From NCBI GenBank assembly GCA_963836075.1, contig CAWIIB010000009.1:1344001-1408000 (forward strand): a DNA stretch of 64,000 bases, given 5' to 3'. Positions within the stretch are counted from its first letter, which is position 1. Each line of letters opens with the position of its first letter. The notes below the pieces were generated by a model, which was not told the DNA's origin, did not search any database, and worked only from the letters and a program-made list of their open reading frames with translations. This DNA comes from an uncultured Acidobacteriota bacterium (GTDB taxonomy: Bacteria; Acidobacteriota; JAQAZP01). A program made the translations under genes and the position numbers. Positions 39,416 to 50,139 of the stretch are shown here, one piece after another.

Positions 39416-40897
39416 CTGCATACCCTTCCTGACACTCATGCCGATTCCCATTTCCTGGATCTTTTTCAGGGTCCCCACGGAAATGAAGTCCTTTATTCTG
39501 TACCGCCAGATCAGCCGGTCCACCGACTTCTCCAGTTCGGAGACCAACTCCCGGAACCGCTGCGGCGCGATGTTCCGACAGAACTGGTTGGCCGGGCTCT
39601 GGTGATTGTAGAGGGACACGTCGTAGTCCTCGTCGATCAGCCCGTACTCCTTGCACATTTCGAAGGCCTCGGTGCCCGGGTACGGTGTGAATATGCTGTA
39701 GATGACCATGTTGCACCTGACTTTTTTAATGGCGGCCATGGTGTCGCGCAGTGTTTCCTCCGTTTCCTGGGGAAAGCCGACGATGAAGAACACCTGCAGG
39801 TCTATCTTCTGTTTCCTGATCAGCCGGCAGACCTGGAGGGCCTGCTCGATGGTTATCCTCTTCCTCATCGCCTTGAGGATCTCGTTGTTGCCGGACTCGA
39901 TCCCCACCCGGACCGAATAACAACCGGCAGCCTTCATCAGGGAAAGGTTCTGCTCGTCCACCAGCCTGGGGTGAATCTCGCAACTCCATTTCAATCCCGG
40001 GCAATGGGAGATGAGGGCCGTGCACAGCTCGGTCAGGTACTTCCTGTTCACGCCAAAAGTGTCATCATCAAAGTGAATGAACTTCAGCCCGGTTTTTTGA
40101 AGCTCCTGGATTTGCCGTACCACATTCTCCGGAGAGCGGAACCGGACTTTCCGGCTCCAGATGTTCCGGGACCCGCAGAACACGCAATTGTAGGGGCATC
40201 CCCTGGTGGCGAAGATGGTTTTGAATGCGGTCACCGGGTACTGGTGGTAGTCTTTCAGAACGTCCGGGGCATGCTGGTGAGGGAAGCTGAGGGAATCAAG
40301 GTCTTCGATATAGTCCCGCGGAGGGGTTTCAACGATTTCACCGTCTTTTCTGAAGACGATGCCCCGGATGCGCTCTGGAGACGCCCCCCTGTCGATGGAC
40401 CCGACGATTTCCGTAAGTGTCGTCTCGCCTTCACCCCTGACGCAGATATCGACTTCCTGGTGCCGCAGAATATCCGCCCCCATGGTCGTGGGGTGAGGGC
40501 CGCCCATGATGACCACCGTGGAAGGGTTGATTTCCCTGGCCAGGCCGGCCACTCGGAGCGCCGAGGTGAAGTTCTGGGATTTGGCTGATATCCCCACCAC
40601 CGTGGGATTGTACTCGGCTATGGTCTGTTTGATCTCACTCCACAGTGGCGCCGACGGGTCATTGAGAGTGCGCAGGTAGTTCTCGAAGCCTTCCCCTGAC
40701 AGGTGACTGATCTTGATGGTTTCATTCTGCGGCCTGAAATCGGCGTTGTACACCAGGACGTCCCAGGTGGTTTTTTGCTTCAGCTCACCGGCCAGGTATC
40801 CCAGGGAGAGCGGGTACTTGTCCAGCGCGTAGCTGTCCTTGAACAGTCTGTAGAAGGGGGGTTCCACGAGGAGAATACGCCGCTGGTCCTGGCTCAT
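39398..40897 (-). CDS. B12-binding radical SAM protein (class B-like)
   Basis: PLSLGYLA, MGGPHPT, GEGE, TRGCPYNCVFC, GIESG. Confidence 0.9.
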   Translation of the reverse strand: MSQDQRRILLVEPPFYRLFKDSYALDKYPLSLGYLAGELKQKTTWDVLVYNADFRPQNETIKISHLSGEGFENYLRTLNDPSAPLWSEIKQTIAEYNPTVVGISAKSQNFTSALRVAGLAREINPSTVVIMGGPHPTTMGADILRHQEVDICVRGEGETTLTEIVGSIDRGASPERIRGIVFRKDGEIVETPPRDYIEDLDSLSFPHQHAPDVLKDYHQYPVTAFKTIFATRGCPYNCVFCGSRNIWSRKVRFRSPENVVRQIQELQKTGLKFIHFDDDTFGVNRKYLTELCTALISHCPGLKWSCEIHPRLVDEQNLSLMKAAGCYSVRVGIESGNNEILKAMRKRITIEQALQVCRLIRKQKIDLQVFFIVGFPQETEETLRDTMAAIKKVRCNMVIYSIFTPYPGTEAFEMCKEYGLIDEDYDVSLYNHQSPANQFCRNIAPQRFRELVSELEKSVDRLIWRYRIKDFISVGTLKKIQEMGIGMSVRKGMQLLVGK

Positions 40898-41093
40898 CGC
40901 CCTCCTCCGCTATCTTCAGGCCGGGCCGGTTGCTGATGTGTGTTGTTCTCTGAAATCGAAACCGTCTGACTAAAACATAAGTACGGATTAACTAATTGTC
41001 AAGTAAGAAATTTGAATTAAACAACGATGTCCGGAGGGAAGTTGTATATACTTCTGTTGACCGCGGACTTGCGCGGGTGATGAAAGGAAATCG

Positions 41094-42740
41094 ATGACAC
41101 GCTGTTCTCCTCTTTGCACGCCCACCGTTATTTTGCTGGTGGCGCTCTGTCTTCCGGCCACGCTTTTTTGCCGGCCGGTCTCGGCCAGTGACTGGCCCTA
41201 CCCGCGGCACGGGCCCACCAACCGGGCGGCGGCCTCGGTGGCCGCCCATTTCGGAGCGGCCCCCCGGATGCGCTGGTCATACGACCTCCAGTACCCCGAC
41301 GCCGGCACCTACCCGGTGGCCGCCGACCTGAACCGTGACGGCCGTCTGGAACTGGTCGTCGGTGATGCCAGCGGAATGGTCTACTGCCTCGATGCGGAGC
41401 TGGGCACCCTGCGCTGGAACCGGCAGCTGCCCGTCTTCTTCAAGTGGGGCTCCCCGGTGCTGGTGGACCTGGACAACGACGGCGACCTGGACATCGTGGT
41501 GGGCGCCAGGGATCTCATCGCTCTCGACGGCCCCACCGGTGCACCGCTCTGGACCGCGCTCCCCGGGGTGGACATCCTCGGTATGTCGGCCGCCGACCTG
41601 TTCGGCGACGGCACCATGGAGATCTTCTGCACCGACTATCAGAACCCGCGCAACGGCTACCTGGTGCGCGGCGAGGACGGCAAGATCCTCTGGAGCGTGG
41701 TGACCAACGGGTCGAACTACAATCTTCCCGCCTTTGCCGACCTGGACGGTGACGGACAGCAGGAGATCCTCTTCACCCGGCACGACTCCGGCGTTACCGA
41801 GCGGGTGGTCTGCCTGCGGGCTGCCAACGGGTCGGAAGTCTGGAGTCACCAGTGCGGGCCCTCGGCCGCCCAGCAGGCCCAGGCTCCGCCCCAGCTCGGC
41901 TATATCGCCGACTATGGCTACCAGTCGGTGGTGGTGGCCGACTTTGACGGGGACGGCCAGCCCGAGGTTTCCAGCGGCACCGACCTCAACCACTACCTTT
42001 TCGAGGCCGATGGCTCGCTGGTCTGGAAGGTGCCCCAGGGCATTCTGGGTACCGGGTTCACCCGGCGCCGCGAAACCAGCGGCGACTACACCTTCCGCGA
42101 CCACCACTACCAGATCTACGACCAGGCGGCGGGTGATCTTGACGGCAACGGCACCGTGGACATGGCCTACGGCCTGGTCTCCGACTACGTCACCGACTAC
42201 GATCTGGCCACCGGCGAAACCACGGTACAGTTCCTGGCCTACCGCAACGATGCCCGGGCCCTCCGGGCCGATGGTTCCCTGCTCTGGAACTATCACTCGT
42301 ACGCCGACGGGGCCGGTGTGGGACGGTGCCGTGATCCCATCGTGGCCGACCTCGACGGTCAGGGCGCCCTGGACGTGATATACGGCTCCGAGGACGGGCA
42401 CCTCTATGCCGTGGAGGGGAAATCCGGGCAACTGCTCTGGCGCCTCTACGTTGGTTATTTCGGGCAGAGCCGGGGCAAGATCCTGGTGGACACCAACGCA
42501 GACGGTTCAGGAGAACTGATCGTGGTGGCCGGAAGTCGGGTCATCAAGTATGGCGGTCCGCTGGTGGGGGACGTGGACGGTTCCGGCCGGGTGGACGGTC
42601 TGGATCTGCAGCAACTCTCCTGGAGTTTTGGCAGCGTCGAGGGCGGTGAGCGCTTCCGGGGGGCGGCCGACCTGGACCGCAACGGGGTGGTGGACGGTGG
42701 CGATCTGGTGGTTCTGGCAGCCAGCTTTGGAAATTCCTGA
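41094..42740 (+). CDS. Secreted FG-GAP/PQQ-like beta-propeller protein with C-terminal dockerin-like domain
   Basis: Signal peptide, repeated D(L/F)DGDGxxE/D motifs and LLW repeats; GDVDGSGRVDGLDL...ADLDRNGVVDGGDL. Confidence 0.8.
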   Translation: MTRCSPLCTPTVILLVALCLPATLFCRPVSASDWPYPRHGPTNRAAASVAAHFGAAPRMRWSYDLQYPDAGTYPVAADLNRDGRLELVVGDASGMVYCLDAELGTLRWNRQLPVFFKWGSPVLVDLDNDGDLDIVVGARDLIALDGPTGAPLWTALPGVDILGMSAADLFGDGTMEIFCTDYQNPRNGYLVRGEDGKILWSVVTNGSNYNLPAFADLDGDGQQEILFTRHDSGVTERVVCLRAANGSEVWSHQCGPSAAQQAQAPPQLGYIADYGYQSVVVADFDGDGQPEVSSGTDLNHYLFEADGSLVWKVPQGILGTGFTRRRETSGDYTFRDHHYQIYDQAAGDLDGNGTVDMAYGLVSDYVTDYDLATGETTVQFLAYRNDARALRADGSLLWNYHSYADGAGVGRCRDPIVADLDGQGALDVIYGSEDGHLYAVEGKSGQLLWRLYVGYFGQSRGKILVDTNADGSGELIVVAGSRVIKYGGPLVGDVDGSGRVDGLDLQQLSWSFGSVEGGERFRGAADLDRNGVVDGGDLVVLAASFGNS

Positions 42741-42797
42741 TCGATCACACCGGTAAACAATAGAAAACAAAACGGATATCCATTCGACAGATAATGG

Positions 42798-42827
42798 TTG
42801 ACAAGAATAGTATATCTTTGTACTATT
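42798..42827 (+). promoter_or_regulatory. Sigma70 promoter overlapped by an inverted repeat
   Basis: TTGACA(42798)-N17-TACTAT(42821); AATAGTA-N8-TACTATT. Confidence 0.6.
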
Positions 42828-42969
42828 AGCGATTCCCTTTATGTTTTTGTAAAGGGGCAATAGATCCATTTTGATGGATTACAACGCAACCGTTTGACTG
42901 AACAGACTCGCGGCACTGCCGTCCTGCCGGACATCGGCGGCGGCGGTTTGCGGCGTGGGAGGAGAAGAG

Positions 42970-43371
42970 ATGAGACTGAGCAAGCTGAAGGTTTTGTTTA
43001 TGGTGTGTCTGGTGGCGATCTTCGCCGTGACCCTTGCCTGGGCCGGTTCCAGCAAGCAGATCACCGCCGAAGTGCCTCACGATTTCGTGATCGGCGAGAC
43101 CGCGATGCCGGCCGGGAAGTACTTTATCGAAAATGAGGGCACCTACCCCCCGATGATCACCTGCCGCAACGCCAAGGGTGAAGGTTCCTCGATTCTGCAC
43201 GTGATCACCACCCTGGCCCGGGACGGGATGGCGGACCAGGAAGCCAAGCTGGTTTTCGACAAGACCGGCGACGCGTATGAGCTTTCGGAGATCTGGTTCG
43301 CCGGTCAGGACGGTTTCCTGGTCTGCGGTACCGTTGCCGCTCACACCCACGATGTGGTGACCGCGAAATAA
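42970..43371 (+). CDS. Secreted hypothetical protein
   Basis: RBS GGAGGAG, signal peptide, VPHDFVIGETAMPAGKY beta-rich motif, followed by terminator. Confidence 0.75.
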   Translation: MRLSKLKVLFMVCLVAIFAVTLAWAGSSKQITAEVPHDFVIGETAMPAGKYFIENEGTYPPMITCRNAKGEGSSILHVITTLARDGMADQEAKLVFDKTGDAYELSEIWFAGQDGFLVCGTVAAHTHDVVTAK

Positions 43372-43393
43372 CGGACCACCAGAGGACGTACAG

Positions 43394-43439
43394 AAAAACC
43401 GGGCGGGAACCTCAGGATGAGGACCGCCCGGTTTTTTTT
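43394..43439. terminator. Bidirectional intrinsic terminator
   Basis: AAAAACCGGGCGG...CCGCCCGGTTTTTTTT between convergent genes. Confidence 0.85.
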
Positions 43440-43469
43440 GATCCCACAGAGTGTGGATCTCGTTCCCGG

Positions 43470-43919
43470 TTACTTTTTCTTTGCCGGGGCTGCCGGAGCT
43501 TTCTTTGCCGGGGTTGCCGGAGTCGCCGGGGTTGCCGGGGCTGCTCCCTTCTTCAGTTTCTTTTTATTCCCGCCAGGGGCCACGGCAGGTTTGCTGCCAT
43601 CCGCCGCCTTTTTCGCCGCCGCGCCGCCCGATTTCAGCTTCGCATTTTTCGGTCTTGCCACCGGGGCCGTTCCCGCGGCCGTGGTTTTGGCCGGTGCGGC
43701 TTTGGTGGGGGCGGGCTTTGCCGCCGGCGCCGCTCCCTTCAAGGCCTTTTTCTTCTCATCGCCCCCGGCTTTCTTGGCCTCGGCTTTGGCCTTGGCATCG
43801 CCCGTTTCCTCGGACTTTTCCCCGGCCTTTTTCGTTGGCGGGTCGTCAGCTGACTGGGCCATGGCCAGGCCGCCGGCCAGCATCAGTATCACGAACAGCA
43901 TCACAATTTTCTTCAACAT
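43470..43919 (-). CDS. Secreted Lys/Ala/Pro-rich low-complexity protein
   Basis: Signal peptide MLKKIV...AMAQ; AAKPAP, KKA and ATP repeats; ends just before the terminator. Confidence 0.75.
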   Translation of the reverse strand: MLKKIVMLFVILMLAGGLAMAQSADDPPTKKAGEKSEETGDAKAKAEAKKAGGDEKKKALKGAAPAAKPAPTKAAPAKTTAAGTAPVARPKNAKLKSGGAAAKKAADGSKPAVAPGGNKKKLKKGAAPATPATPATPAKKAPAAPAKKK

Positions 43920-43998
43920 CTTCGTTCCCTTTCCATGGTTCATTCCTGGTTGATTCGCCATCGGTGACCTGCATTCTCCACCATCGAATCGAATTCAG

Positions 43999-45554
43999 TC
44001 AAATCACCGATTCCATATTCTCGAGCAGTGCATCACCTCCGAGTGAAAAAGCAGCGTGGTTCGATGTGAACACTGGCGGATCACGATGGATGATCCGCCG
44101 GATCGCCGGGTGTTTGCGAAAGGTGCCGTCCAGAAAGCGCCGGATGTCCGGCCGGTCCCAGCCCCTGGGGTGAACAAAATCGTGGTAGAGCGCCAGGTCG
44201 CCCGGGTAGAATTCTCGCAGCTCCAGCCCCTCCATCAACCGGCTGCCCCGCGGCAGGTTGAAGATGGCCAGGTTGAGAAAGGAGATCGCTTCCCGGTGCT
44301 CCAGAATGAAATGCCAGGTCTCCTCCGCCTCGCTCCGGCCCTCCGCCGGTGTACCGAAGAGCAGGTAGAGATACACGGCGATACCGGCTTGACGGAGGTT
44401 TTCCAGGATCCGCGATGCCTCGCCGAGAGCGATTCCCTTGTTCAGGGCATCCAGTACCTGCTGGTTCCCCGACTCCAGGCCCAGCTTGAGCATCAGGCAG
44501 CCGGACCGGGCCAGCTGCCTGCAGAACTCCGGGTCGTCCAGCGGGGCCCCGATCCGGGCAAACCCGTACCACGGGGCGCCGGGGGGGTGATCGGCCAACT
44601 GGCGGAGTATGACCGGCGGCACGGCGTTGTCCAGCAGGTGGATCAGCGAGGGCCCGGTCTCCCGCACCAGCGCCTGCAGCTGCTCCTTCACCGTGCGGCG
44701 GGGCAGCGGTTCGAACCGCCCCCCCTCGAACCGCTCGGGGCAGAAGGTGCAGCGGGTCCACCAACAGCCGGATGACGTGCTGAAGGGGAGGACAAACCCC
44801 GGGCTGAGATACGGCAGGCCGGTGAGATCGCGGTAATCGGGTGACCTGTGCCCGTCCCGTATTTCGAAACCGGCGGCCGCCAGCAGTGCCCCTTCACCCG
44901 GGCCGGCAACCAGCTGGTCCACCAGCTCTTCAAAAGGGTTGGCCCATTGGGGGGACCGCAGCCAGGAGGTGACCAGCCCTCCGCCGAGAATGATCCTCAC
45001 CTCGGGCAGGGCCCGCTTCAGCAGGCCGATCAGGGCGAAGGCGGTGAGCGCCTGGGAGAGGTAGTTGATCGAGATTCCCACCATCGACGGCCTGTCCCGG
45101 TTCACCTGCGGCAGCAACTGCTCGCTGAAATAGCCGAAGTAGGGGTTGCGCTCCGGTTCCCGGGCCGCGGCGAGCAGGTCTGCGGAGCGGACGGGCGATC
45201 GTTGTGCGTCGGTGTAATTGGCCAGCCCGGCGCGTATCCCCTCCTGGCGGCCAGCCAGGGAGAGCAGCCGCTCGAGGTCGGAGACAGCCCGGCCATACCG
45301 GTCGGGGCTGGCGTAGGTATCCGGGGACCGCAGAGCGGCGAGGTGCCGGTGGCGGTGCCGCAGAGCCCGGCGGGACCAGGTGTCGTCCGCCGGTCCCGAT
45401 GTATCGAGCAGCCAGAGCAGTCCCTCCAGGTTGGCGTCGATCACCCGGCAGGGTGCGCCGTGGGCCCGCAGGGCTCCGGCCAGCCGGGCAATGCCGGCCG
45501 GCGGTTCGGAGGGCTTGGCCACCGGTGGGTGGATCAGCAGGATTGATTGGTCAT
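43999..45554 (-). CDS. Radical SAM protein with B12-binding-like domain (ATG 45554 out of frame by one base near 45545)
   Basis: LLIHPP..EPPAG, ILGGG, GPGE, GCWWTRCTFC, LGLESG. Confidence 0.85.
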
Positions 45555-45820
45555 TGGATACGGAAATCGCTGAACTCCTTGTCTCCGGGCAGATCCTCCA
45601 GATCCACCCGGTCCACCGCGGCCATGGGCGGGCCGTTTTCGGCCCAGCGGAGGAGCTGGTCCACCTGTTCGTCCTCCCCTTCGGCCACCAGCTCCACCCG
45701 GCCGTCCACCAGGTTGCGCACCGTGCCGCACACACCGTACTCCAGGGCTTTCTCCAGCGTGGAGGCCCTGAACCAGACACCTTGCACCCTGCCCGAGATT
45801 AGTGCACGTACTCTCTTCAT
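45551..45820 (-). CDS. acyP: Acylphosphatase
   Basis: ISGRVQGVWFR, GTVRNLVDGRVE, GPPMA. Confidence 0.93.
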   Translation of the reverse strand: MKRVRALISGRVQGVWFRASTLEKALEYGVCGTVRNLVDGRVELVAEGEDEQVDQLLRWAENGPPMAAVDRVDLEDLPGDKEFSDFRIQ

Positions 45821-46461
45821 TATTTCTGTTCCGCTACCAGGGTCAGCAGCAGACGCCACGGTCCGGTGCTGCCCATGGCCCCCTGATCGATGCCCAGGCT
45901 CTGGGCCAGCACCTGTCCCTCCGCGGGACGGAAGAACTCCGCCACCACCACCGGGGTGCCCGGTTTCAGCCCCTTGATCCTTTCCATCTCGTGGCTCAGG
46001 ATCAGCGGTGGGTCCCCTTCCTTCCGTTTTCCCCCATCCGGATCAATGAAGCTCAGGTTGTATTCCAGCCCCACGAAGAGCAGGTCATCGGTCTGTTGCA
46101 GCACATGCAGTTCGAACTGCAGCCCGAGGTTCTGATAGCTGTAGCTGATGCGCGGGATCGCCTTGCCCGAGGCGTCCATCCCCTCGGCCGGGTTGAAGGT
46201 GGTGGTGGGGATCGGCGCCTTGGAACCGTAGTGGAAGGAGATCTTCTCCCGCTCGATGCAGCCCAGCTCGATGGTGCGCAGGGTGCGGCCCGGGCCGTCA
46301 CCGGGGGCGTTCACCGCCAGCTGGAAGGTGTATTGCTTGATCGTGCGGCTGCGCGCCGTCTGGTTCCGCCCCTCCTGGGCGGTTGCGGGCAGGGTCAGGG
46401 CCGCGGACAGCAGCAGGGCCAGGCTAAAGGCGGTGATGGTGTTGATCCACCGGGTGCTCAT
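45820..46461 (-). CDS. Secreted hypothetical protein with secretin-like segment
   Basis: GGAGG RBS, signal peptide; GSKAPIPTTT...SYSYQNLGLQFEL. Confidence 0.6.
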   Translation of the reverse strand: MSTRWINTITAFSLALLLSAALTLPATAQEGRNQTARSRTIKQYTFQLAVNAPGDGPGRTLRTIELGCIEREKISFHYGSKAPIPTTTFNPAEGMDASGKAIPRISYSYQNLGLQFELHVLQQTDDLLFVGLEYNLSFIDPDGGKRKEGDPPLILSHEMERIKGLKPGTPVVVAEFFRPAEGQVLAQSLGIDQGAMGSTGPWRLLLTLVAEQK

Positions 46462-46533
46462 CGTATCCTCCATGTCAGTGTGGCCGCGGGCTGTGGTGTT
46501 CACAACCGCTTACGGCGCCGGGCCCCGCGGCGT

Positions 46534-47334
46534 CTAGGGCCGCCGGCAGCGGAAGTACCAGCCGCAGGCGGCGAAACGGGGCAGTTTGTCGGCCAGGGCC
46601 ATGTCCAGCGTCTCCAGCGGCCAGAGCAGGCCGGACCAGCGGCGGCAGAGGGAAAAGGGGAAGACCGGCGCCAGAAAGCACGACCGTCCCTCGGGGGGCA
46701 GAACCTCCAGCCCGTTCTCCTCCAGCAGCGTGACAATGCTGCTGAAGGTGAACTGCTGGATGTGCCGCTCACCCTTGGGGTATGGCGCGGGCACGGGCAG
46801 CCGGTCACGGAGCAGGGGCAGCCGCCCCACGGCCAGCCGCACTTTGCGCAGCAGGTCGGGCGCCAGCCGCAGCGGGTTCCAGCGGTAGGCCAGCAGCTCC
46901 CAGGGGCCGTAGCCGTTGGGCACCGTGATCACCACCAGGCCGCCCGGCTCGGTGAGGGAGACGATCCGCCGCACCATTTGCGCCGGCCGCTCCAGATGTT
47001 CCAGCACTTCGGAACAGATCACCACCGGGTAACGCTCGCCCCCCTCCCAGTCCTCCATGTCGCGGTTGACGAACCGGGCGTGCTCGAAGGGGTTGCGGGC
47101 CCGGGCGGCTTCGGCCTTGGCCCGGTCGATCTCCACCCCCAGCACCGGGAAGCCGGTTTCGGCAAGGGAGAGCGAGACGTTGCCGGTGTTGCAGCCGATC
47201 TCCAGCACGCTCACCGTCTCCGGATCCCGTCCCAGCCGCCCGGCTTCCACCAGTGCCGCCCCGACGATGAAGTCCATCTTCTTCAGGTAGGTCAGGTTGC
47301 GGATCGTGCTGTGGGGGTAGCGCCGGCGGTCCAT
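46534..47334 (-). CDS. Class I SAM-dependent methyltransferase
   Basis: VLEIGCNTG, CSEVLEHL, PGGLVVITVPN. Confidence 0.88.
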   Translation of the reverse strand: MDRRRYPHSTIRNLTYLKKMDFIVGAALVEAGRLGRDPETVSVLEIGCNTGNVSLSLAETGFPVLGVEIDRAKAEAARARNPFEHARFVNRDMEDWEGGERYPVVICSEVLEHLERPAQMVRRIVSLTEPGGLVVITVPNGYGPWELLAYRWNPLRLAPDLLRKVRLAVGRLPLLRDRLPVPAPYPKGERHIQQFTFSSIVTLLEENGLEVLPPEGRSCFLAPVFPFSLCRRWSGLLWPLETLDMALADKLPRFAACGWYFRCRRP

Positions 47335-47612
47335 GGTTCCTCTGTCCGGGGTGCGTCCGCCGCGGGAACCATCCCCGCGGGAGATAGATGGTAACCGCGC
47401 AAGGGTTTACGGGCAAGGGGGATTTGGCCGGTCACAGTTTTACGGGTTGATCTGCATATCAAGTCTTGAAGGGCTCGTTCCCGGCAGCCGGTTTGATCGG
47501 TGCGGTAGGTGTTTTTCGTAACGAAAATTCATTTCAAGCATCTATAATAGGTATGGATGCAACCATATGAACCCCATTTTACCACCACCCGTCTTGCGGG
47601 GAGGAAAATACC

Positions 47613-49143
47613 ATGAACAGCAACAAACATTTTATGAGTATCGTCACGGTGTCGCTGACTCTGGCCCTGCTGGCCCTGGCTTCGCCGCAAGGCGGCGCCC
47701 GGGCCCAGGATCTTTTCCACCCCAAAGTGAGCTACGGGGTGGGATTCGATCCGCGCGATGTGGCGGCTGGAGACCTGAACAACGACGGCCGGCCGGAGCT
47801 GGTATCGGCCAACGAACTCTCCGACGACATCTCGGTGCTGATCAACAATGGTGACGGGACATTCCAGGCTGAAGTCGTCTATGCTGTCGGTGACACGCCG
47901 CGCTCACTGGCCATCGGAAAATTGAACAACGACCCCTATGCTGACGTGATCGTCTCCAACTCGGGGTCGAACACCATTTCGGTCCTCTTCAGCAACGGCG
48001 ACGGGTCGCTGGCCCCGGCGGTGGAATACCCGGTGGGGGCGGAGCCCTGGGGGATCGTCGCCGCCCGCCTGGACGGCGACACTCACCTGGACATCGTCGT
48101 GGTGAACAGGGCAGGCAAGACATTTTCGGGTACTGTTGAACAACGGCGACGGCACGCTCACCATGGCCGGATCGTTCGCCTCCGGCGGGTTTTCCATCAA
48201 TCCCTACTGGGTCAGCGCCGCCGATTTCGACACGGATGGTGACTTGGATATCGCCGTGGTCAAGACCTACTCGAACTATGTCTTCAGCGAAGGGTACGTG
48301 GAGACATTCATCAATGACGGCACCGGCGCCTTCGCTTCGAACCAGCTCTTCGACATCGGCACATCTGCCTCCAGCGCCGTGCCCGCTGACCTGGACGGTG
48401 ACGACGACATCGACCTGGTAGTCTCCGGTGTGGTTCAGAGTTCCTACCAGGTTCGTGTCTTGATCAACAACGGATCCGGCACCTTTGCCGAGGATCCGAG
48501 CTACTCCTCCGGCGCCTCGGGCCGGGCGGCCGGCGGTGATTTCGACGGCGACGGCGATTTCGACGTGGCGGTGGCCACCGCGGGTGTCGGTTCGTCCAGT
48601 ATCTCCATCCTGCTCAACGACGGCTCCGCGGCCTACGGCTACATCGGCGGCGAATCGGCGGGGTCCTATCCCATGGGGGTGGTCACTGCTGATTTCGACG
48701 GGGACAGCGATACCGACATGGCGGTGTCCGTCTGGGGGGAGGATGCGGTGGCCGTGATCCTGAACAGCACTGCCTCGCCCGCTTCCACGGTCTCGGTGAA
48801 CCTGGGCTGCACCCCGGATTCGGGGGTTCTGCCATTCCCGGTCCAGTTCGCGGCCGGGCTGGAGAACCTGACGGCGTCCAGCCGGGTGCTGGCCGGACGG
48901 ATCGACGTGATCCTGGCCGGCGGGGCGGTAATCAGCAATTTCAAGGCCGGCTCCGCCACGCTTCCGCCCCAGGGCAACTTCGGCGTCAGCTGGACCCAGC
49001 AGCTTCCGGCCCGGAGCGCCCTGATCGGTGGCAATCTGTTCACCATTTTCGGCGAGGACGTGACACCGGCGCCTTACAACCAGCCGCCCTATCCGCTGTC
49101 CGGAGACGTGGACAGCGTTTCCTGCACGGTGCTGGGCGAATAG
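47613..49143 (+). CDS. Secreted FG-GAP/VCBS repeat protein, frameshifted at 48128-48130
   Basis: Signal peptide, GDLNNDG/DFDGDGD and NNGDGT repeats in two ORFs; deleting one G restores FSVLLNNGD. Confidence 0.85.
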
Positions 49144-49380
49144 ATCCATCGCGACCTGGCGTCGCTCCAGGCTGACAATAATGAAGTCAACGGCGGGGGT
49201 GGCCTGTGTCCGATAGTGGATCAGTAGCAACCGCTCAGCGGGGATCCCAAACGGGCCTTCCCGGTTCAAATCCCGTTGGGCTCGCCATTTTATTCTGGCC
49301 TTATATTTCGATTCTAGGATGAAACAAGTCTGCTTCTGGTGGATGACGAGGGATGAAAATGAACGGTCATATGGAATGGT

Positions 49381-49731
49381 CTATTGGCGAGCCTCCAGTT
49401 TGCCAAGAAGCTCCTTCAACTGCTTTCGCAATGAATCCAGTTTCGTTGTGACGACATCCCAGACGACGGTGTAATCCACGGCGAAATAGTCATGGATCAA
49501 CCGGTCACGCATTCCGGCGATCTTCCTCCATTCAATCTCGGGCTGTTGGGAGCGGATCTGCTCAGGTACTTTCTTCGCAGCCTCCCCGATAATTTCGAGG
49601 CTTCGAACGAACGCCCGCTGCAGCGCCGGATTATGCTGGAACCCATCGAAGTCCAAGTTCGGAATCTGGCTTGAGATGAAATCGATTTCATCGATGATGT
49701 GGAGTATGTATTCACGCGGAGACGGGGACAC
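49381..49731 (-). CDS. hepT: HepT-like (DUF86, HEPN) RNase toxin
   Basis: [19 protein letters not shown] (RX4H motif); GTG start overlaps the MNT gene. Confidence 0.9.
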   Translation of the reverse strand: MSPSPREYILHIIDEIDFISSQIPNLDFDGFQHNPALQRAFVRSLEIIGEAAKKVPEQIRSQQPEIEWRKIAGMRDRLIHDYFAVDYTVVWDVVTTKLDSLRKQLKELLGKLEARQ

Positions 49732-50029
49732 GCTCCACCTCGCTGAGAATATGCGGTCCAATGTGGGGGCTTAGCGCTGTTCGGGTCACCAGTTCGACTC
49801 TTCGACCCAGGAGATCCTCGAGAAAGAACGAGAGATCCATGAAATTGTCGAATGTATGCTGATCAGGAGCAAAATCAACGAGCAGGTCGATGTCGCTGGC
49901 CGAAGATTGCCGGCCGGTGACGAACGACCCGAACAGACCGACCTCCGTTACGCCAAATGATCGCAGTGTCTCACCAGCCGCACAGAGGCGTTCTATGACC
50001 TCCGTCTTATCTTTCGCTCGAGCGGTCAT
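49712..50029 (-). CDS. mntA: Minimal nucleotidyltransferase antitoxin
   Basis: GLFGS-X10-DID motif, [12 protein letters not shown]. Confidence 0.9.
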   Translation of the reverse strand: MTARAKDKTEVIERLCAAGETLRSFGVTEVGLFGSFVTGRQSSASDIDLLVDFAPDQHTFDNFMDLSFFLEDLLGRRVELVTRTALSPHIGPHILSEVERVPVSA

Positions 50030-50139
50030 TCCATGGTCCCTCTGATCGGTGACTCACTCCTCACGAAGCTGATTTCCATTACTCTTCTAACATACAATAT
50101 ATAGAAAGGAACGAATCATTTCCACTTCCGCTGCCTATG

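Noticed and set aside
45555-45780. N-terminal 75 aa of ORF 43999..45780
   Set aside because: Overlaps acyP in another frame; the real start is probably the ATGA overlap at 45554
49240-49287. Complete tRNA gene
   Set aside because: Only a T-loop and 3' CCA-like end are present; no acceptor 5' strand, D arm or anticodon arm
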